Source: a virus
Taxonomy: Duplodnaviria > Caudoviricetes
Virus record (IMG/VR): IMGVR_UViG_3300029266_002291
Span: 1-53,155 of that record
DNA: 53,155 nucleotides
Direction: 5' to 3' (one strand)
Shown: in pieces, positions 17,690 to 27,456 of the stretch
How the letters are laid out: every line of letters starts with the position of its first letter
How positions within the stretch are numbered: position 1 is the stretch's first letter
The notes under the pieces: generated by a model
The model's input: only the letters and a program-made list of their open reading frames with translations
Database searches by the model: none
Told to the model about the DNA's origin: nothing
Position numbers and translations under genes: made by a program

Positions 17690-18673
17690 GTGGCCGTCCA
17701 GGTGGAGAAGTCCCGCAAGGTGCTCCCCTTCCTCTTCCCCGTGATGGAGCAGGAGTCGATCCTGTCGCTCCTCTTCACGCGGGTGGGAGACGAGACCTTC
17801 GTCAACTCCCAGGGTGACACCGTCACCATGCGCGTCGGTGGCCTCCGTGCCGTCGCCCGCAAGTACGAGTGGCGTGAGCGGCGTGCGCCGATCGTCACCG
17901 ACGACATCAAGGGTGGGCAGGGTGTCGACATCACGTTCGGTACCCACACCTACTCGGCGACCGAACTGACCGACGAGCACTACACGATGGACCCGGTCAA
18001 CCTCGCCACTGACGTCGTCATGCCGCAGGCCGAGGCCGTCGCCCATGACCTCGAGCTCGACATCCGCGACTCGTTCAACCAGATGCGCCCGAAGGTCACG
18101 CTCACCTTCAACACCGGCGACGACCCGTACGACTTCGCGGTCGACGCGCAGGCCGAGCTCGACGGCTTCCGTGTGGCCCCGAACGACGCCGGTCGCTTCT
18201 GGCTGGTCGGCGCCAACGTCGCCAAGGACATCCTCAAGAGCGACCGGATCACTCGGTTCGACTCCGCGGGTGAGGACAACCGGCTGGCGCTGCGCCGCGG
18301 TACCATCGGCGACCTGGCGGGCCTGCGGGTCGTCAAGAGCCTCGACGTCAACCCGAACTTCAGCATGGTCTCCCACAAGACCGGCCTGGTGTTCGGCAAC
18401 CTGGCGCCCAAGGTGCCCCCGGCAGGGATCGTCTCCGGTGCTCGCCTGGCGCGCAACGGCTTCTCGCTGCGGCACGTCATGGACTACGACACCGACTTCA
18501 TGAGCCTCCGGTCGGTCGTCTCGACGTTCTCCGGCGCCACCCCGATCTACGACGAGCGCGTCGGCGGCACCGGCCGCGACGCGATGGACCTGAAGGAGTA
18601 CGCCGACGGCGTGCAGCCCGTCTCGGTCCGCTTCCTCGGCGTGAACTACAACGGCACGAACGCCGACGCCTGA
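17690..18673 (+). CDS. Major capsid protein
   Basis: QGDTVTMRV, YSATELTDE, ALRRGTIGDLAGLRVV; strong codon bias; followed by a terminator. Confidence 0.85.
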   Translation: MAVQVEKSRKVLPFLFPVMEQESILSLLFTRVGDETFVNSQGDTVTMRVGGLRAVARKYEWRERRAPIVTDDIKGGQGVDITFGTHTYSATELTDEHYTMDPVNLATDVVMPQAEAVAHDLELDIRDSFNQMRPKVTLTFNTGDDPYDFAVDAQAELDGFRVAPNDAGRFWLVGANVAKDILKSDRITRFDSAGEDNRLALRRGTIGDLAGLRVVKSLDVNPNFSMVSHKTGLVFGNLAPKVPPAGIVSGARLARNGFSLRHVMDYDTDFMSLRSVVSTFSGATPIYDERVGGTGRDAMDLKEYADGVQPVSVRFLGVNYNGTNADA

Positions 18674-18686
18674 CGGCAGACGCACT

Positions 18687-18724
18687 AGCCGCCCTCCTCC
18701 GCTTCGGCAGAGGAGGGCGGCTTC
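18687..18724 (+). terminator. Intrinsic terminator after the capsid gene
   Basis: GCCGCCCTCCTC...cTTCGg...GAGGAGGGCGGC followed by TT. Confidence 0.8.
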
Positions 18725-18763
18725 GTCTATGCTGGGCCCAACGACTTCCCGAAGGAGATTCCC

Positions 18764-19108
18764 GTGCCGTTCACCACCGCTGGCCTCAACGCAGGCGTCG
18801 ACGGCATCGCGTCCGCCGGTGCCCGCATCCTCTTCTTCACCGCCGATCCCGGCACTACGATCACGAACGAGGTCTCGGGTACCGGTCGTCCGACCACCAC
18901 CTGGGCGGCAGCGTCGACCGGCTCTCGCGCGGGCTCGCAGGTCTCAGCGCCGATCCCCGCGAACACGACGGTCACCCACTGGGGCATCGGCACCGCGGCC
19001 ACTGGTGGCACCCTTCTCTACAGCGCCCCCCTGAGCGCCCCCGAGCCCTTCGGCAGCGCGGGCACCATCCAGCACACCCCGACCATCCGCGTCGAGAACC
19101 CGGCCTGA
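18764..19108 (+). CDS. Small virion structural protein (fibre-associated)
   Basis: VTHWGIGTAATGGTLLY motif common in small fibre-associated virion proteins; AAGGAG RBS. Confidence 0.6.
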   Translation: MPFTTAGLNAGVDGIASAGARILFFTADPGTTITNEVSGTGRPTTTWAAASTGSRAGSQVSAPIPANTTVTHWGIGTAATGGTLLYSAPLSAPEPFGSAGTIQHTPTIRVENPA

Positions 19109-19129
19109 CCCGAAAGGTAGGCCGACGGC

Positions 19130-22100
19130 GTGCCGATCCAGCTCCAGACCACGTCACGCGGCGAGCTGACCGCCAACGGCACCAGCGTCAGTGCACCCCT
19201 CCCCGCGGGCACCGTGGCGGGCGATGTCCTGGTCGCCGAGCTGTCCGCCCAGCACAACGTCCCGACACCCGACCAGGCGGGATGGGTGACGATCGCTGGT
19301 TCGGCGCTCAGCACCATCTCCGCAAACCTGTACCTGCGCGTGGCTACCGCCTCCGAGCCCACCACCATCACCTTCACCGGCCTACCCTCGTCCGGGCACA
19401 GTCTCCAGGTGAGCCGCTGGACCGGTGTCGACACCGCCAATCCGATCGACGTGCCGGGCGTCGGCTTCAACCAGGGCACCACGACCAACTTCATCGACGC
19501 CCCGTCGCTGAACATCGTCACCCCCGGCGCCGTGGTCGTCACCGGGCTCGGCATCCAGTCCGGCGGCTCGACGCGATTCTTTACGCCCCCCTCTGGGGTG
19601 ACGCTCGTCGTCGAGGACGACCCTGCCAGCGCCTTCTCCCGGCGCGGCTTCATCTATCAGGAGCCCCGCGCCGCTGCTGGCGCCACTGGCACCCGCCGCT
19701 TCGCCATGTCGGCGTCACTGCCGCAGGCGGGCACCGTCTTCGCGCTCCGCCCGGCGACTAGCACTGGGCCTGTCGCCCCGACCGTTAGCGCCGGGGCCGA
19801 CGCCTCGATTCTCCTCGGCAACCCTTTCGAGCGCACGGCGACCGCCACCGGCTCGCCGACCAGCTGGGAGTGGACCGTCGTCGAGGGGCCCGGCGGCATC
19901 CGGCCCATCGGCACCTCGGCCACCCTGTCGTGGACCCCCACCGAGGTCGGCAGCTACATCCTGGAGGCCACCGCCACCAACGCGGCCGGTTCCGGCTTCG
20001 ACCTCGTGACCGTGACGGTCACCGAGCCGCCGGTGATCGACGGCACGCCCGAGGTGGCCTGGACCGGGTTCAGCGCGAAGCCCAGCGGTTCGGCGCAGAC
20101 GCACAGCCTGCCCGGCGTGCAGGTCACCACAGCGGGCCAGTACGTCGCCGTCGGCGTGGTCTACAGCAACGACAACCTCCAGACCACCAGCGGCGTCACC
20201 CTGGGCGGCATCGCCCTCGCCCAGCTCGTCTCCGCGGTCGAGCAGGACGACTCCACCACCCAGATCTGGGGCGTCTACAACCCGCCCATCGGCACCTACT
20301 CGGCGACCGCGACCCTGTCCGCCCCCACCACGCTGGCCGACCAGATGCTCGGCGTCGGCGCCTGGGTCGTTTCGAACGCCGACCCGGCCGCCCCGCTCCG
20401 TGGTGTCGCGCCCGCGAACGCCGAGGCCACCACCATCACGGCCACCGCCGCCACGCAGTCGGGTGACCTCGTGGTCGGCCTGGGCCACATGGAAGCCGTC
20501 ATCGCCAGCGGTGCGACGTACGGCATGACCGGCCCGGCGGGATTGGTCCAGGACTGGAACGTCGTCCCGGCTGACGCCTCCATCGGCGCCCACGTCACCG
20601 CCACTGGTACCCAGACGTCCTTCACCTGGACGAGCTCCATCGTGGAGAAGCTCTCCGGCACCATGGCGGTCTTCGCCGCCGCCGAGGGCGGCGGCGGTAC
20701 CGCCCCCGTGCCCGCGCTGCAGTCCCGCGTGGTCGACCTGCCCACCGACACCGAGGGTGCGGTGCGGGTCCGCACCTCCGATGCGAACAGCGTGCGCCTG
20801 GTGGTCGGCATCAACGCGGCCGTCACCACCGGAGTCGTGACCGGTTCGGCGGTCACCCCCGACGCGGACGGTCGCGCCACGGTGACCGCGACCGGCCTGG
20901 CGCCCCACACCCGGTACTACTACCGCATCCAGATGACGGACAGCGCCGGGGGCACACACCTGGACACGGGCACCGTGGGCGAGTTCGTCACCGCCCCCGC
21001 ACCCATGGCGCCGACCAGCTTCGGGTTCGACTTCTCCTCCTGCTGTGACGCCGCGGACTCCACCGCCATGGCCGCCATCGCGGCCCGCAAGGACGACCTG
21101 ACGATTCACCTGGGCGACCTGTACTACCACGACGGCACGGGCACGACGCTGAGCAACTTCGAGGCGCGCATGGACGCCAAGATCACAGCGCCGCACCACG
21201 CCGCCGCCCTGGCCGTGGCGCCGTTCCTCTACACCGGCTCCGACCACGACGGCATGACCAACAACTCGTACTGGGGCGTCAACAACACGGCCTGGACGAA
21301 TTGGAACACTGCGTTCCGCTCCCGCTTCACCAGTCGGGGCATCCCCGCCACCCGGGGCGTCTACCGCACCTTCGCCTGGGGTCGCATCCGCTTCATCATC
21401 CTGGACGACCGCTCCTTCCGGACCACCACCACCGCCCTGGGTGCCACCCAGAAGCAGTGGCTCAAGGACACGATCACCGCGGCCCCTGAGCCGGTCATCG
21501 TCATCGCGTCGAGCCCGCCGTGGACGGACACCGCGGACACCAGCGGAGACGGCTGGGACGGCGTGCCCGCCGAGCGGCTGGAGCTGGCGGACTTCTTCGC
21601 AGCGTCCGGCAAGCGCATCGCCATGCTGGGCGGTGACCAGCATGCCCTGAGCATCAATAACGGCACCAGCTCCGACGGTGGGATCCACGTCTTCCAGGCG
21701 TCCCCGCTGAACAACTCGTCCAGCCACAAGGGCGTCTACACCACCGGCCCGTACCCTACGACGACCGGCGTGCAGGTGCAGCAGTACGGTCGCATCTGGG
21801 TCGACGACACCGGTTCCGACATCACGCTGACCTTCACCGGCTACTCCGCCGACAACACCGCTCGCATGACGGGCACCATGGTGTACGACGAGCCGGTCGT
21901 CCCCGAGGTCCACACCACCACCGGCACCGCGACGACCCGCGCCACGGCCACCGCCAGCAGCTCGAAGCGCGCCAACTCGACCGGCACGGCGCGTGCGCTG
22001 GCGAGCGCCAGCGGAACCTCGACGAAGCTCGCAGCGATCGCTGCGACCGCAAGCGCGACTGCTCGAGCACTCGCCTCCACGGCGAAGCGGGCTGCGACGA

Positions 22101-22852
22101 CGGGACTGGCGCGAGCCCTGCCCTCGGCGTCGGCCGCAACGAGCGCCAGTCGCGCGACCACCGGCACCGCCACGGTGGTCGCGACCGCCCAGGGCGCCAC
22201 CACGGGGGTGCACACCACCTCCGCCACTGCGGTGGCCCGCGCGTCGGTAAGCTCCGTCACGGGCAACGCCGCGGGTGAGATCCACGTCACCAGCGGCACG
22301 GCCTCCGCGGGCGCCCGCGCAACAGCGTCGACCAGCAGCACGCACACCGGCACGGGAGTCGCGAGGGCTCGTGCCTCTGCGCTGGCGAGCACCGTGACCA
22401 GTCGTGCGACGGTCGCCAGCGCCACGGTTCGCGCTGTGGCCGCCGGAACGGTCATGAGCCTGCGCCAGACTCAGGGCGCAGCCGTGGCGGGCTCCCTGGC
22501 CAGTTCCGAGACCAGCTCATTGCGCCTCACCCTCGGCGATGCCGTGGCCTACGCCACGGCGACCTCGCTGACCCAGCAGGTCGGGTACATCCCGCCGCGG
22601 ATCACCTTCGACGTCGTCGACGCCACGCTGAGCTTTGACGGCGCCAGCGACGCCACCATCCACTTCGACGGCGCCAGCGACGCGTTGATCATGAGCGACG
22701 GCGAAGGTGTGGCGATCCTTGCGCCCGAGCAGCTGGCCACCGCCGTACTGCTCGACGTGCGGGACTACGCGGCCACTCTCGCCACCGACGGCGAGAGTCA
22801 CGCTACTCTGGACAGCGACGGCGTCTCCTCAGCGACGCTCCACACCCCGTAG
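19130..22852 (+). CDS. Large multidomain virion/fibre protein with PKD/Ig-like, FN3-like and PhoD-like metallophosphatase domains and Ala/Thr/Ser repeats
   Basis: PTVSAGAD (PKD); TGLAPHTRYYYR (FN3); FSSC, HLGDLYYHD, DHD, LDDRSFR, LGATQKQWL, GGDQH (PhoD); about 20-aa A/T/S repeats. Confidence 0.75.
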   Translation: MPIQLQTTSRGELTANGTSVSAPLPAGTVAGDVLVAELSAQHNVPTPDQAGWVTIAGSALSTISANLYLRVATASEPTTITFTGLPSSGHSLQVSRWTGVDTANPIDVPGVGFNQGTTTNFIDAPSLNIVTPGAVVVTGLGIQSGGSTRFFTPPSGVTLVVEDDPASAFSRRGFIYQEPRAAAGATGTRRFAMSASLPQAGTVFALRPATSTGPVAPTVSAGADASILLGNPFERTATATGSPTSWEWTVVEGPGGIRPIGTSATLSWTPTEVGSYILEATATNAAGSGFDLVTVTVTEPPVIDGTPEVAWTGFSAKPSGSAQTHSLPGVQVTTAGQYVAVGVVYSNDNLQTTSGVTLGGIALAQLVSAVEQDDSTTQIWGVYNPPIGTYSATATLSAPTTLADQMLGVGAWVVSNADPAAPLRGVAPANAEATTITATAATQSGDLVVGLGHMEAVIASGATYGMTGPAGLVQDWNVVPADASIGAHVTATGTQTSFTWTSSIVEKLSGTMAVFAAAEGGGGTAPVPALQSRVVDLPTDTEGAVRVRTSDANSVRLVVGINAAVTTGVVTGSAVTPDADGRATVTATGLAPHTRYYYRIQMTDSAGGTHLDTGTVGEFVTAPAPMAPTSFGFDFSSCCDAADSTAMAAIAARKDDLTIHLGDLYYHDGTGTTLSNFEARMDAKITAPHHAAALAVAPFLYTGSDHDGMTNNSYWGVNNTAWTNWNTAFRSRFTSRGIPATRGVYRTFAWGRIRFIILDDRSFRTTTTALGATQKQWLKDTITAAPEPVIVIASSPPWTDTADTSGDGWDGVPAERLELADFFAASGKRIAMLGGDQHALSINNGTSSDGGIHVFQASPLNNSSSHKGVYTTGPYPTTTGVQVQQYGRIWVDDTGSDITLTFTGYSADNTARMTGTMVYDEPVVPEVHTTTGTATTRATATASSSKRANSTGTARALASASGTSTKLAAIAATASATARALASTAKRAATTGLARALPSASAATSASRATTGTATVVATAQGATTGVHTTSATAVARASVSSVTGNAAGEIHVTSGTASAGARATASTSSTHTGTGVARARASALASTVTSRATVASATVRAVAAGTVMSLRQTQGAAVAGSLASSETSSLRLTLGDAVAYATATSLTQQVGYIPPRITFDVVDATLSFDGASDATIHFDGASDALIMSDGEGVAILAPEQLATAVLLDVRDYAATLATDGESHATLDSDGVSSATLHTP

Positions 22853-22864
22853 GAGGGCAGCCTG

Positions 22865-23206
22865 GTGGCGGACTTCGTTCTGAAAGCCAACGATCGACTC
22901 CCGGCGATCAAGGCGACGCTCAACGTCCAGGGTGCGCCCGTGCCGCTGGCCGACGCGACCAAGGTCGACTTCATCATGCGGTCCAAGGGCGCCAATCAGG
23001 CCGAGCCGAAGGTCAACTCGGCGGCCGTCATCGTCGACCCGACGGGTGGCATCGTCCGCTACGACTGGGCCGTCGGCGACACGAGCACCCCGGGCAGCTA
23101 CGAGGCGGAGTGGGAGGTCACCTGGTCTGACGGCAAGACGCAGACGTTCCCGACCAAGACCTACCACACCATCGACATCCTCGCTGACCTGGACAGCGCC
23201 GCCTGA
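22865..23206 (+). CDS. BppU-like / Ig-fold virion protein
   Basis: KANDRLPAI...GIVRYDWAVGDT..GSYEAEWEVTW..KTQTFP. Confidence 0.65.
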   Translation: MADFVLKANDRLPAIKATLNVQGAPVPLADATKVDFIMRSKGANQAEPKVNSAAVIVDPTGGIVRYDWAVGDTSTPGSYEAEWEVTWSDGKTQTFPTKTYHTIDILADLDSAA

Positions 23207-23769
23207 TGGCCACCGAAGCCCCGCTCTCCTTCGACGCGACCACCACCGAGGTCGCCGAGCCGCTCCCGGCGCTCAACGCCCCGCTCACCACGCCCGCCCA
23301 GCTCGCGGTGTGGCTCGGTCTGCCGCAGATCCCGCCGGACAAGGCCGACTTCGCCGACCAGATCCTCATGGGCGTCGCCGTGGTCATCCGTATGGCGGGC
23401 GACCCGAAGTGGACGATCGACACCATCCACCCGCGGGCGAAGCTGCTGGCCGACATCAAGGCCAAGGACTTCTACCAGCACCCGAACGGCGAGCAGTCCG
23501 AGACCGTCGGCCCGCTGTCCAGTCGGTACATCGACGACGTCATGCTGCGGTACAAGCTCACCGAGGACGAGGAGCGCCTGCTGGCGGGCCTCGTCGAGGG
23601 TGACGTCAGCGAGCCCACGGTCGGCATCCCCGGCCTGTGGGTCATGTCCACCACCCGCGGGCCCGTGGAGACCCACCGCGCCAACGTGGGCGTCCTGACC
23701 GTGCCGTGGTGGCGGGGCAGCTCCTTCCCGTACTACGCCGAGGGCGCATTCGGCTCTCCGGAGGCGTAG
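23206..23769 (+). CDS. Head-to-tail adaptor
   Basis: HPNGEQSETVGPLS and LTEDE motifs; synteny. Confidence 0.7.
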   Translation: MATEAPLSFDATTTEVAEPLPALNAPLTTPAQLAVWLGLPQIPPDKADFADQILMGVAVVIRMAGDPKWTIDTIHPRAKLLADIKAKDFYQHPNGEQSETVGPLSSRYIDDVMLRYKLTEDEERLLAGLVEGDVSEPTVGIPGLWVMSTTRGPVETHRANVGVLTVPWWRGSSFPYYAEGAFGSPEA

Positions 23770-23772
23770 ACC

Positions 23773-24081
23773 GTGGAGACCATCACGATCGCTGTCCGCG
23801 CCGCGCGGCCGAAGAACTCCGACGGCGACTTCATCGGCGAGCCAAACGCGTGGATGCCGCTGTATGGCGCGATCGTGTGGCCGCGGGCCTCGGAGGAGAA
23901 GGACGGCGGCGAGGTCAACATCGACGGCTGGAACGTGAAGCTCGACTGGGGCACCACGGCCGCCGCCATCCAGTCCGACGCCCAGCTGGAGATCCTCGGC
24001 GAGGTGCACTCGGTCAGCGAGCCGCCCGCCCGCTATCTCGGCAAGGCCGTCATCCTCAAGACTCTGCACGTGAGCACCTGA
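23773..24081 (+). CDS. Head-to-tail stopper
   Basis: Size, synteny, AIVWPRAS. Confidence 0.6.
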   Translation: METITIAVRAARPKNSDGDFIGEPNAWMPLYGAIVWPRASEEKDGGEVNIDGWNVKLDWGTTAAAIQSDAQLEILGEVHSVSEPPARYLGKAVILKTLHVST

Positions 24082-24455
24082 TGCCCATCCGGGTCACGCG
24101 CTACAAGCACGACGCCGCGGGCGTGACGGCGTTCATGAACGGGCCCGAGCTGGGCGAGGCGGTCACCGAGGCGTCCCAGGATGTCGTGGCCATCGCCCGC
24201 CCCATGAGCTCCACGCTGGCGGGCAACTGGGCCGTCGAGGTCGGGCCGCCGGTCCTCATCGAGGGCTTGTCCCGCCTCACCCGCAACGTCACCAACGACC
24301 ACGAGGCCGCTGCCGCGATCGAGTTCGGCTCCGGCGTGCGCAACCGCGGCGCCACCGGCGCGAACGTCCGACCCCAGGGGGGCTACTCTGATCCGCAGCG
24401 CATCCTCGGGACGGCCGGGTCTCGCGTGGGCGACTACCAGGGAGAGCCAGGGTGA
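24081..24455 (+). CDS. Neck/tail completion protein
   Basis: AAAIEFG motif; synteny; TGATG overlap. Confidence 0.6.
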   Translation: MPIRVTRYKHDAAGVTAFMNGPELGEAVTEASQDVVAIARPMSSTLAGNWAVEVGPPVLIEGLSRLTRNVTNDHEAAAAIEFGSGVRNRGATGANVRPQGGYSDPQRILGTAGSRVGDYQGEPG

Positions 24456-24880
24456 CCTTCCCGTCGATCAAGTCCACCCGGCCGTATGGCGACGGTGTGG
24501 CCGCGGGCAAGCTCCTGCTGGCCCGCTGGTTCCCCGAGCTGGCCGACGAGCAGGATGGCACCTTCCACGTCGGACGGGTCTTCCCCAACGACCGGAACCT
24601 CATCGACATCCTGCCGTTCGTGCGAATCCGCGACATCGGCGGGAACGACAACGGGCTCAGTGACCGGCAGCTGATCGACTTCGACTTCTTTCACAAGACG
24701 TATCGCGAGGTCCGCGAGCTGGCGGACGAAGCGCGGACCCGGTTGTTGAGCTATCCTCATGTTGCAGGCTCCACGGTGATCGACCAGGTGTCAACCGCCA
24801 TGCGACCCCACGACGTCCCCTGGGACGACGACAGGATCTACAGGCAGTACAGCAGCTTCACGTTCAGCGTCCGTCGCTGA
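24452..24880 (+). CDS. Tail terminator protein
   Basis: LPFVRIRDIGG; directly upstream of the major tail gene. Confidence 0.7.
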   Translation: MTFPSIKSTRPYGDGVAAGKLLLARWFPELADEQDGTFHVGRVFPNDRNLIDILPFVRIRDIGGNDNGLSDRQLIDFDFFHKTYREVRELADEARTRLLSYPHVAGSTVIDQVSTAMRPHDVPWDDDRIYRQYSSFTFSVRR

Positions 24881-24904
24881 CAGACCCCGGAAGGAAGACA
24901 CACC

Positions 24905-25570
24905 GTGAGCTTCGAGGCACTCAGGCAGCAGCAGGACGACCTGGTCCGGAAGGTGCTCGACGGCGCCTTGTTCCGGGCCCCGATGACCGCCCCGCACATC
25001 TCCGCGGCCACCCTCTTCGCGCCCGACGGCGAGTTCCTGGAGCTCCCCCTCGGCTGGGAAGACCTCGGCCTGCTGAACACCGACGGCATGGGCCACAGCC
25101 GGTCAGTCACCAGCTCCGAGACCCCGGCCTTCGGTCGCACCTCGCCGGTCCGCTCCGACGTCTCCACCGACACCGATACGATGAGCGTCGTCTGTATCGA
25201 GACCAAGCTGTCCACCATCGAGCTGGGCACCGGCTCCGTCATCGCCCCCGGCGCGCGGGACGCGACCAACGGCTCCCTGGAGATCAAGAAGCCCCCGCGC
25301 CCGACCCCGCGGCAGTACCGCTTCTTCTCCGTCGCCAAGGACGAGACCGCCGAGGGTGACATCTACATCTGCAAGTACATGCCCAAGGGGAAGATCGGCT
25401 CCTACGGTGACCAGGCCATGAGCGTCGGCGACGACGCCTTCGGCTGGCCCGCCACGGTCACCGGTCAGGTCGACGAGACGTGGGGCGCGTCGGGCTCGTG
25501 GATCTTCGGTGGCCCGGGTTGGAACGCCCGGCTGGAGCAGATGGGGCTGACGCCCCTCGCCGTAGTGTAA
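24905..25570 (+). CDS. Major tail (tube) protein
   Basis: GWEDLGLLNTDG, SPVRSDV, WIFGGPGW. Confidence 0.85.
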   Translation: MSFEALRQQQDDLVRKVLDGALFRAPMTAPHISAATLFAPDGEFLELPLGWEDLGLLNTDGMGHSRSVTSSETPAFGRTSPVRSDVSTDTDTMSVVCIETKLSTIELGTGSVIAPGARDATNGSLEIKKPPRPTPRQYRFFSVAKDETAEGDIYICKYMPKGKIGSYGDQAMSVGDDAFGWPATVTGQVDETWGASGSWIFGGPGWNARLEQMGLTPLAVV

Positions 25571-25611
25571 GTGCTCTTTACTGAAGCCCTCTGAAGTGCC
25601 ATACTACTGGC

Positions 25612-26466
25612 ATGACAGAGGGCTTCAGTGTGTCCAGGACCAGTGCGGGCCGTCAGGTGTTGGTCGAGCGGCGTTGCAAGGACTGTGGGGCACCCCTGAC
25701 CCATGTCGGTGGCAAGGGGCGCTGGCCGGTGCGCTGCCCTGAACACCAGGCAGCTCGGCGGAACGAAGTGAACAGGGAGAAGAAGGCTAGGTACCGCGAG
25801 TCAGCTCTTGTCGGATCTCCTCGACTCTGTGCCGACTGCGCCACGCCGCTCATCAAGACTTCGCACAAGTGGCCGACGCGCTGTTCTCCATGCCAGGTTG
25901 AGCAGACCAAGAAGCGCGCGGGCGAGCGTCGAGCGATCAGGGTCAAGCCGGTTACCAGTTGCCCCGACTGCTTGAAGCCGCATCCTAGTGACGCCCCTCG
26001 TCGTCAGGGCTCTCGATGCGCTGCGTGTGCTCAAATTCGCGGGAATCAGCTTGCGGCTGAGTATCGCCGCAAGTATCCCGAACGCGACCGCGCCGTTGCT
26101 AAGGCGTACCGCGAGCGCCATCCCGACAGAGTCATCAATAGGAATCACGCTCGTCGCGTAGCGACCACCGGCGCCGAGTCGGAACAGATCCTTACCTCGG
26201 TCCTCTTGGAGCGCGACGGAACGCGCTGCTCACTCTGCCCCGAAGAGATCGACTTCGAGCTCAAGTGGCCTCACCCTGGCTCTAAGAGTCTGGACCACAT
26301 CACCCCTGTCGCCGCAGGTGGGTCGCATACGTACGACAATGTCGCTCTGGCGCACCTGGTCTGCAACATCAGCAAGAACGTGGGCGAGGCACCCAAGACG
26401 ACTTACGCCGACCTCGTGCGTGCTACCGTAGACGCTGTGACTCAGGCTTCAGCAGTACAGTCGTGA
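25612..26466 (+). CDS. Free-standing HNH endonuclease with Zn-finger repeats
   Basis: LLERDGTRCSLC...SLDHITPVAAGGSHTYDNVALAHLVCN; several CxxC pairs; atypical codon usage. Confidence 0.9.
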   Translation: MTEGFSVSRTSAGRQVLVERRCKDCGAPLTHVGGKGRWPVRCPEHQAARRNEVNREKKARYRESALVGSPRLCADCATPLIKTSHKWPTRCSPCQVEQTKKRAGERRAIRVKPVTSCPDCLKPHPSDAPRRQGSRCAACAQIRGNQLAAEYRRKYPERDRAVAKAYRERHPDRVINRNHARRVATTGAESEQILTSVLLERDGTRCSLCPEEIDFELKWPHPGSKSLDHITPVAAGGSHTYDNVALAHLVCNISKNVGEAPKTTYADLVRATVDAVTQASAVQS

Positions 26467-26468
26467 GC

Positions 26469-26510
26469 GGTGGGGCGACCCTGTCTGTGGAGGGCCAGGG
26501 TCGCCCCACC
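26469..26510 (+). terminator. 15-bp hairpin after the HNH gene
   Basis: GGTGGGGCGACCCTG pairs with CAGGGTCGCCCCACC. Confidence 0.65.
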
Positions 26511-26549
26511 TTCAACACCCCGTCCTCCACACCCTGAAGGGAGCCCGTC

Positions 26550-26762
26550 GTGGCCACCAGCAAGCCCCGTTCCACCTCGAACACCGACAAGCTCGTGCTG
26601 GTCAGCCCCGACGGCGAGGACACTCGCGAGGTGACCACCGCGGCCGACGAGGTTGCCCTGCGCTGGCGTGGCTACCTCCCCGCCGAGCAGGCCAAGCTGG
26701 AGGCCCCCGAGCCGCCCAAGCCGACGCCCCCGGCTCCCCCGTCCACCTCCAACCCCTCCTGA
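26550..26762 (+). CDS. Small hypothetical protein
   Basis: AAGGGAG RBS; LVSPDG motif. Confidence 0.65.
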   Translation: MATSKPRSTSNTDKLVLVSPDGEDTREVTTAADEVALRWRGYLPAEQAKLEAPEPPKPTPPAPPSTSNPS

Positions 26763-26779
26763 CCTGAGAGGCTCCTCCG

Positions 26780-27025
26780 ATGGCCCGTTCCACCTCCTCC
26801 GGCCCCCTGCCGCGGCTCTACAGCCCCGACGGCCGTCGGTCGATCGTCCCCACCTCGAAGGAGGAGGGTGCCACCCTCCGCGACGACGAGGGCTACACCA
26901 CCACGCCGCCGAAGAACGTCGCCACCGCGAACTCCGGCGCCGAGGGGCAGCGGCGAGCCCGCGCCTCCTCGACGACCGAGGGCTCGGAGACCAACACCGG
27001 CAGCACCACCCCGGACGAGTCCTGA
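26780..27025 (+). CDS. Small hypothetical protein, probable paralog of the upstream gene
   Basis: GAGAGG RBS; LYSPDG motif. Confidence 0.6.
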   Translation: MARSTSSGPLPRLYSPDGRRSIVPTSKEEGATLRDDEGYTTTPPKNVATANSGAEGQRRARASSTTEGSETNTGSTTPDES

Positions 27026-27030
27026 CGTGA

Positions 27031-27056
27031 GCCGCCCCCGCTTCGGCGGGGGCGGT
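27031..27056 (+). terminator. Hairpin with TTCG tetraloop
   Basis: GCCGCCCCCGC-TTCG-GCGGGGGCGGT. Confidence 0.7.
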
Positions 27057-27099
27057 ATCATCTCCTCCACCACCTCCACACAGGAAGAAGCCCTCCACC

Positions 27100-27456
27100 A
27101 TGGCTGCTGAGAACACCGTCCACCTCGACCTCGACGCGCTGGAGCGCGAGAGCGTCCAGGGTCTGCCGAAGAAGAAGAAGGACCCCTACTTCGTCGTCGC
27201 CGGTGGCAAGCGGGTCACCTTCCGCGACGCTGTCGAGCTGAACTACACCGTCCTCGCCACCATGGAGGACACCCCCGGCCGGTTCTTCCGTGCCGCGATC
27301 AAGGACCCGGCCGAGCGGACTCACTTCCTGAACTGGGCTAACGACGCCGGTGAGGACAACACCTCCGGCCTCAGCGGCGTGAAGCTCCGTGCCCTCATGG
27401 AGGGCTACCGGGACTACTACGGGCTGGACAAGATGGGAAACGCCGTCGGCTCCTAG
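27100..27456 (+). CDS. Tail assembly chaperone (G-like)
   Basis: Upstream of the tape measure gene; ends at slippery G GGA AAC. Confidence 0.85.
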   Translation: MAAENTVHLDLDALERESVQGLPKKKKDPYFVVAGGKRVTFRDAVELNYTVLATMEDTPGRFFRAAIKDPAERTHFLNWANDAGEDNTSGLSGVKLRALMEGYRDYYGLDKMGNAVGS

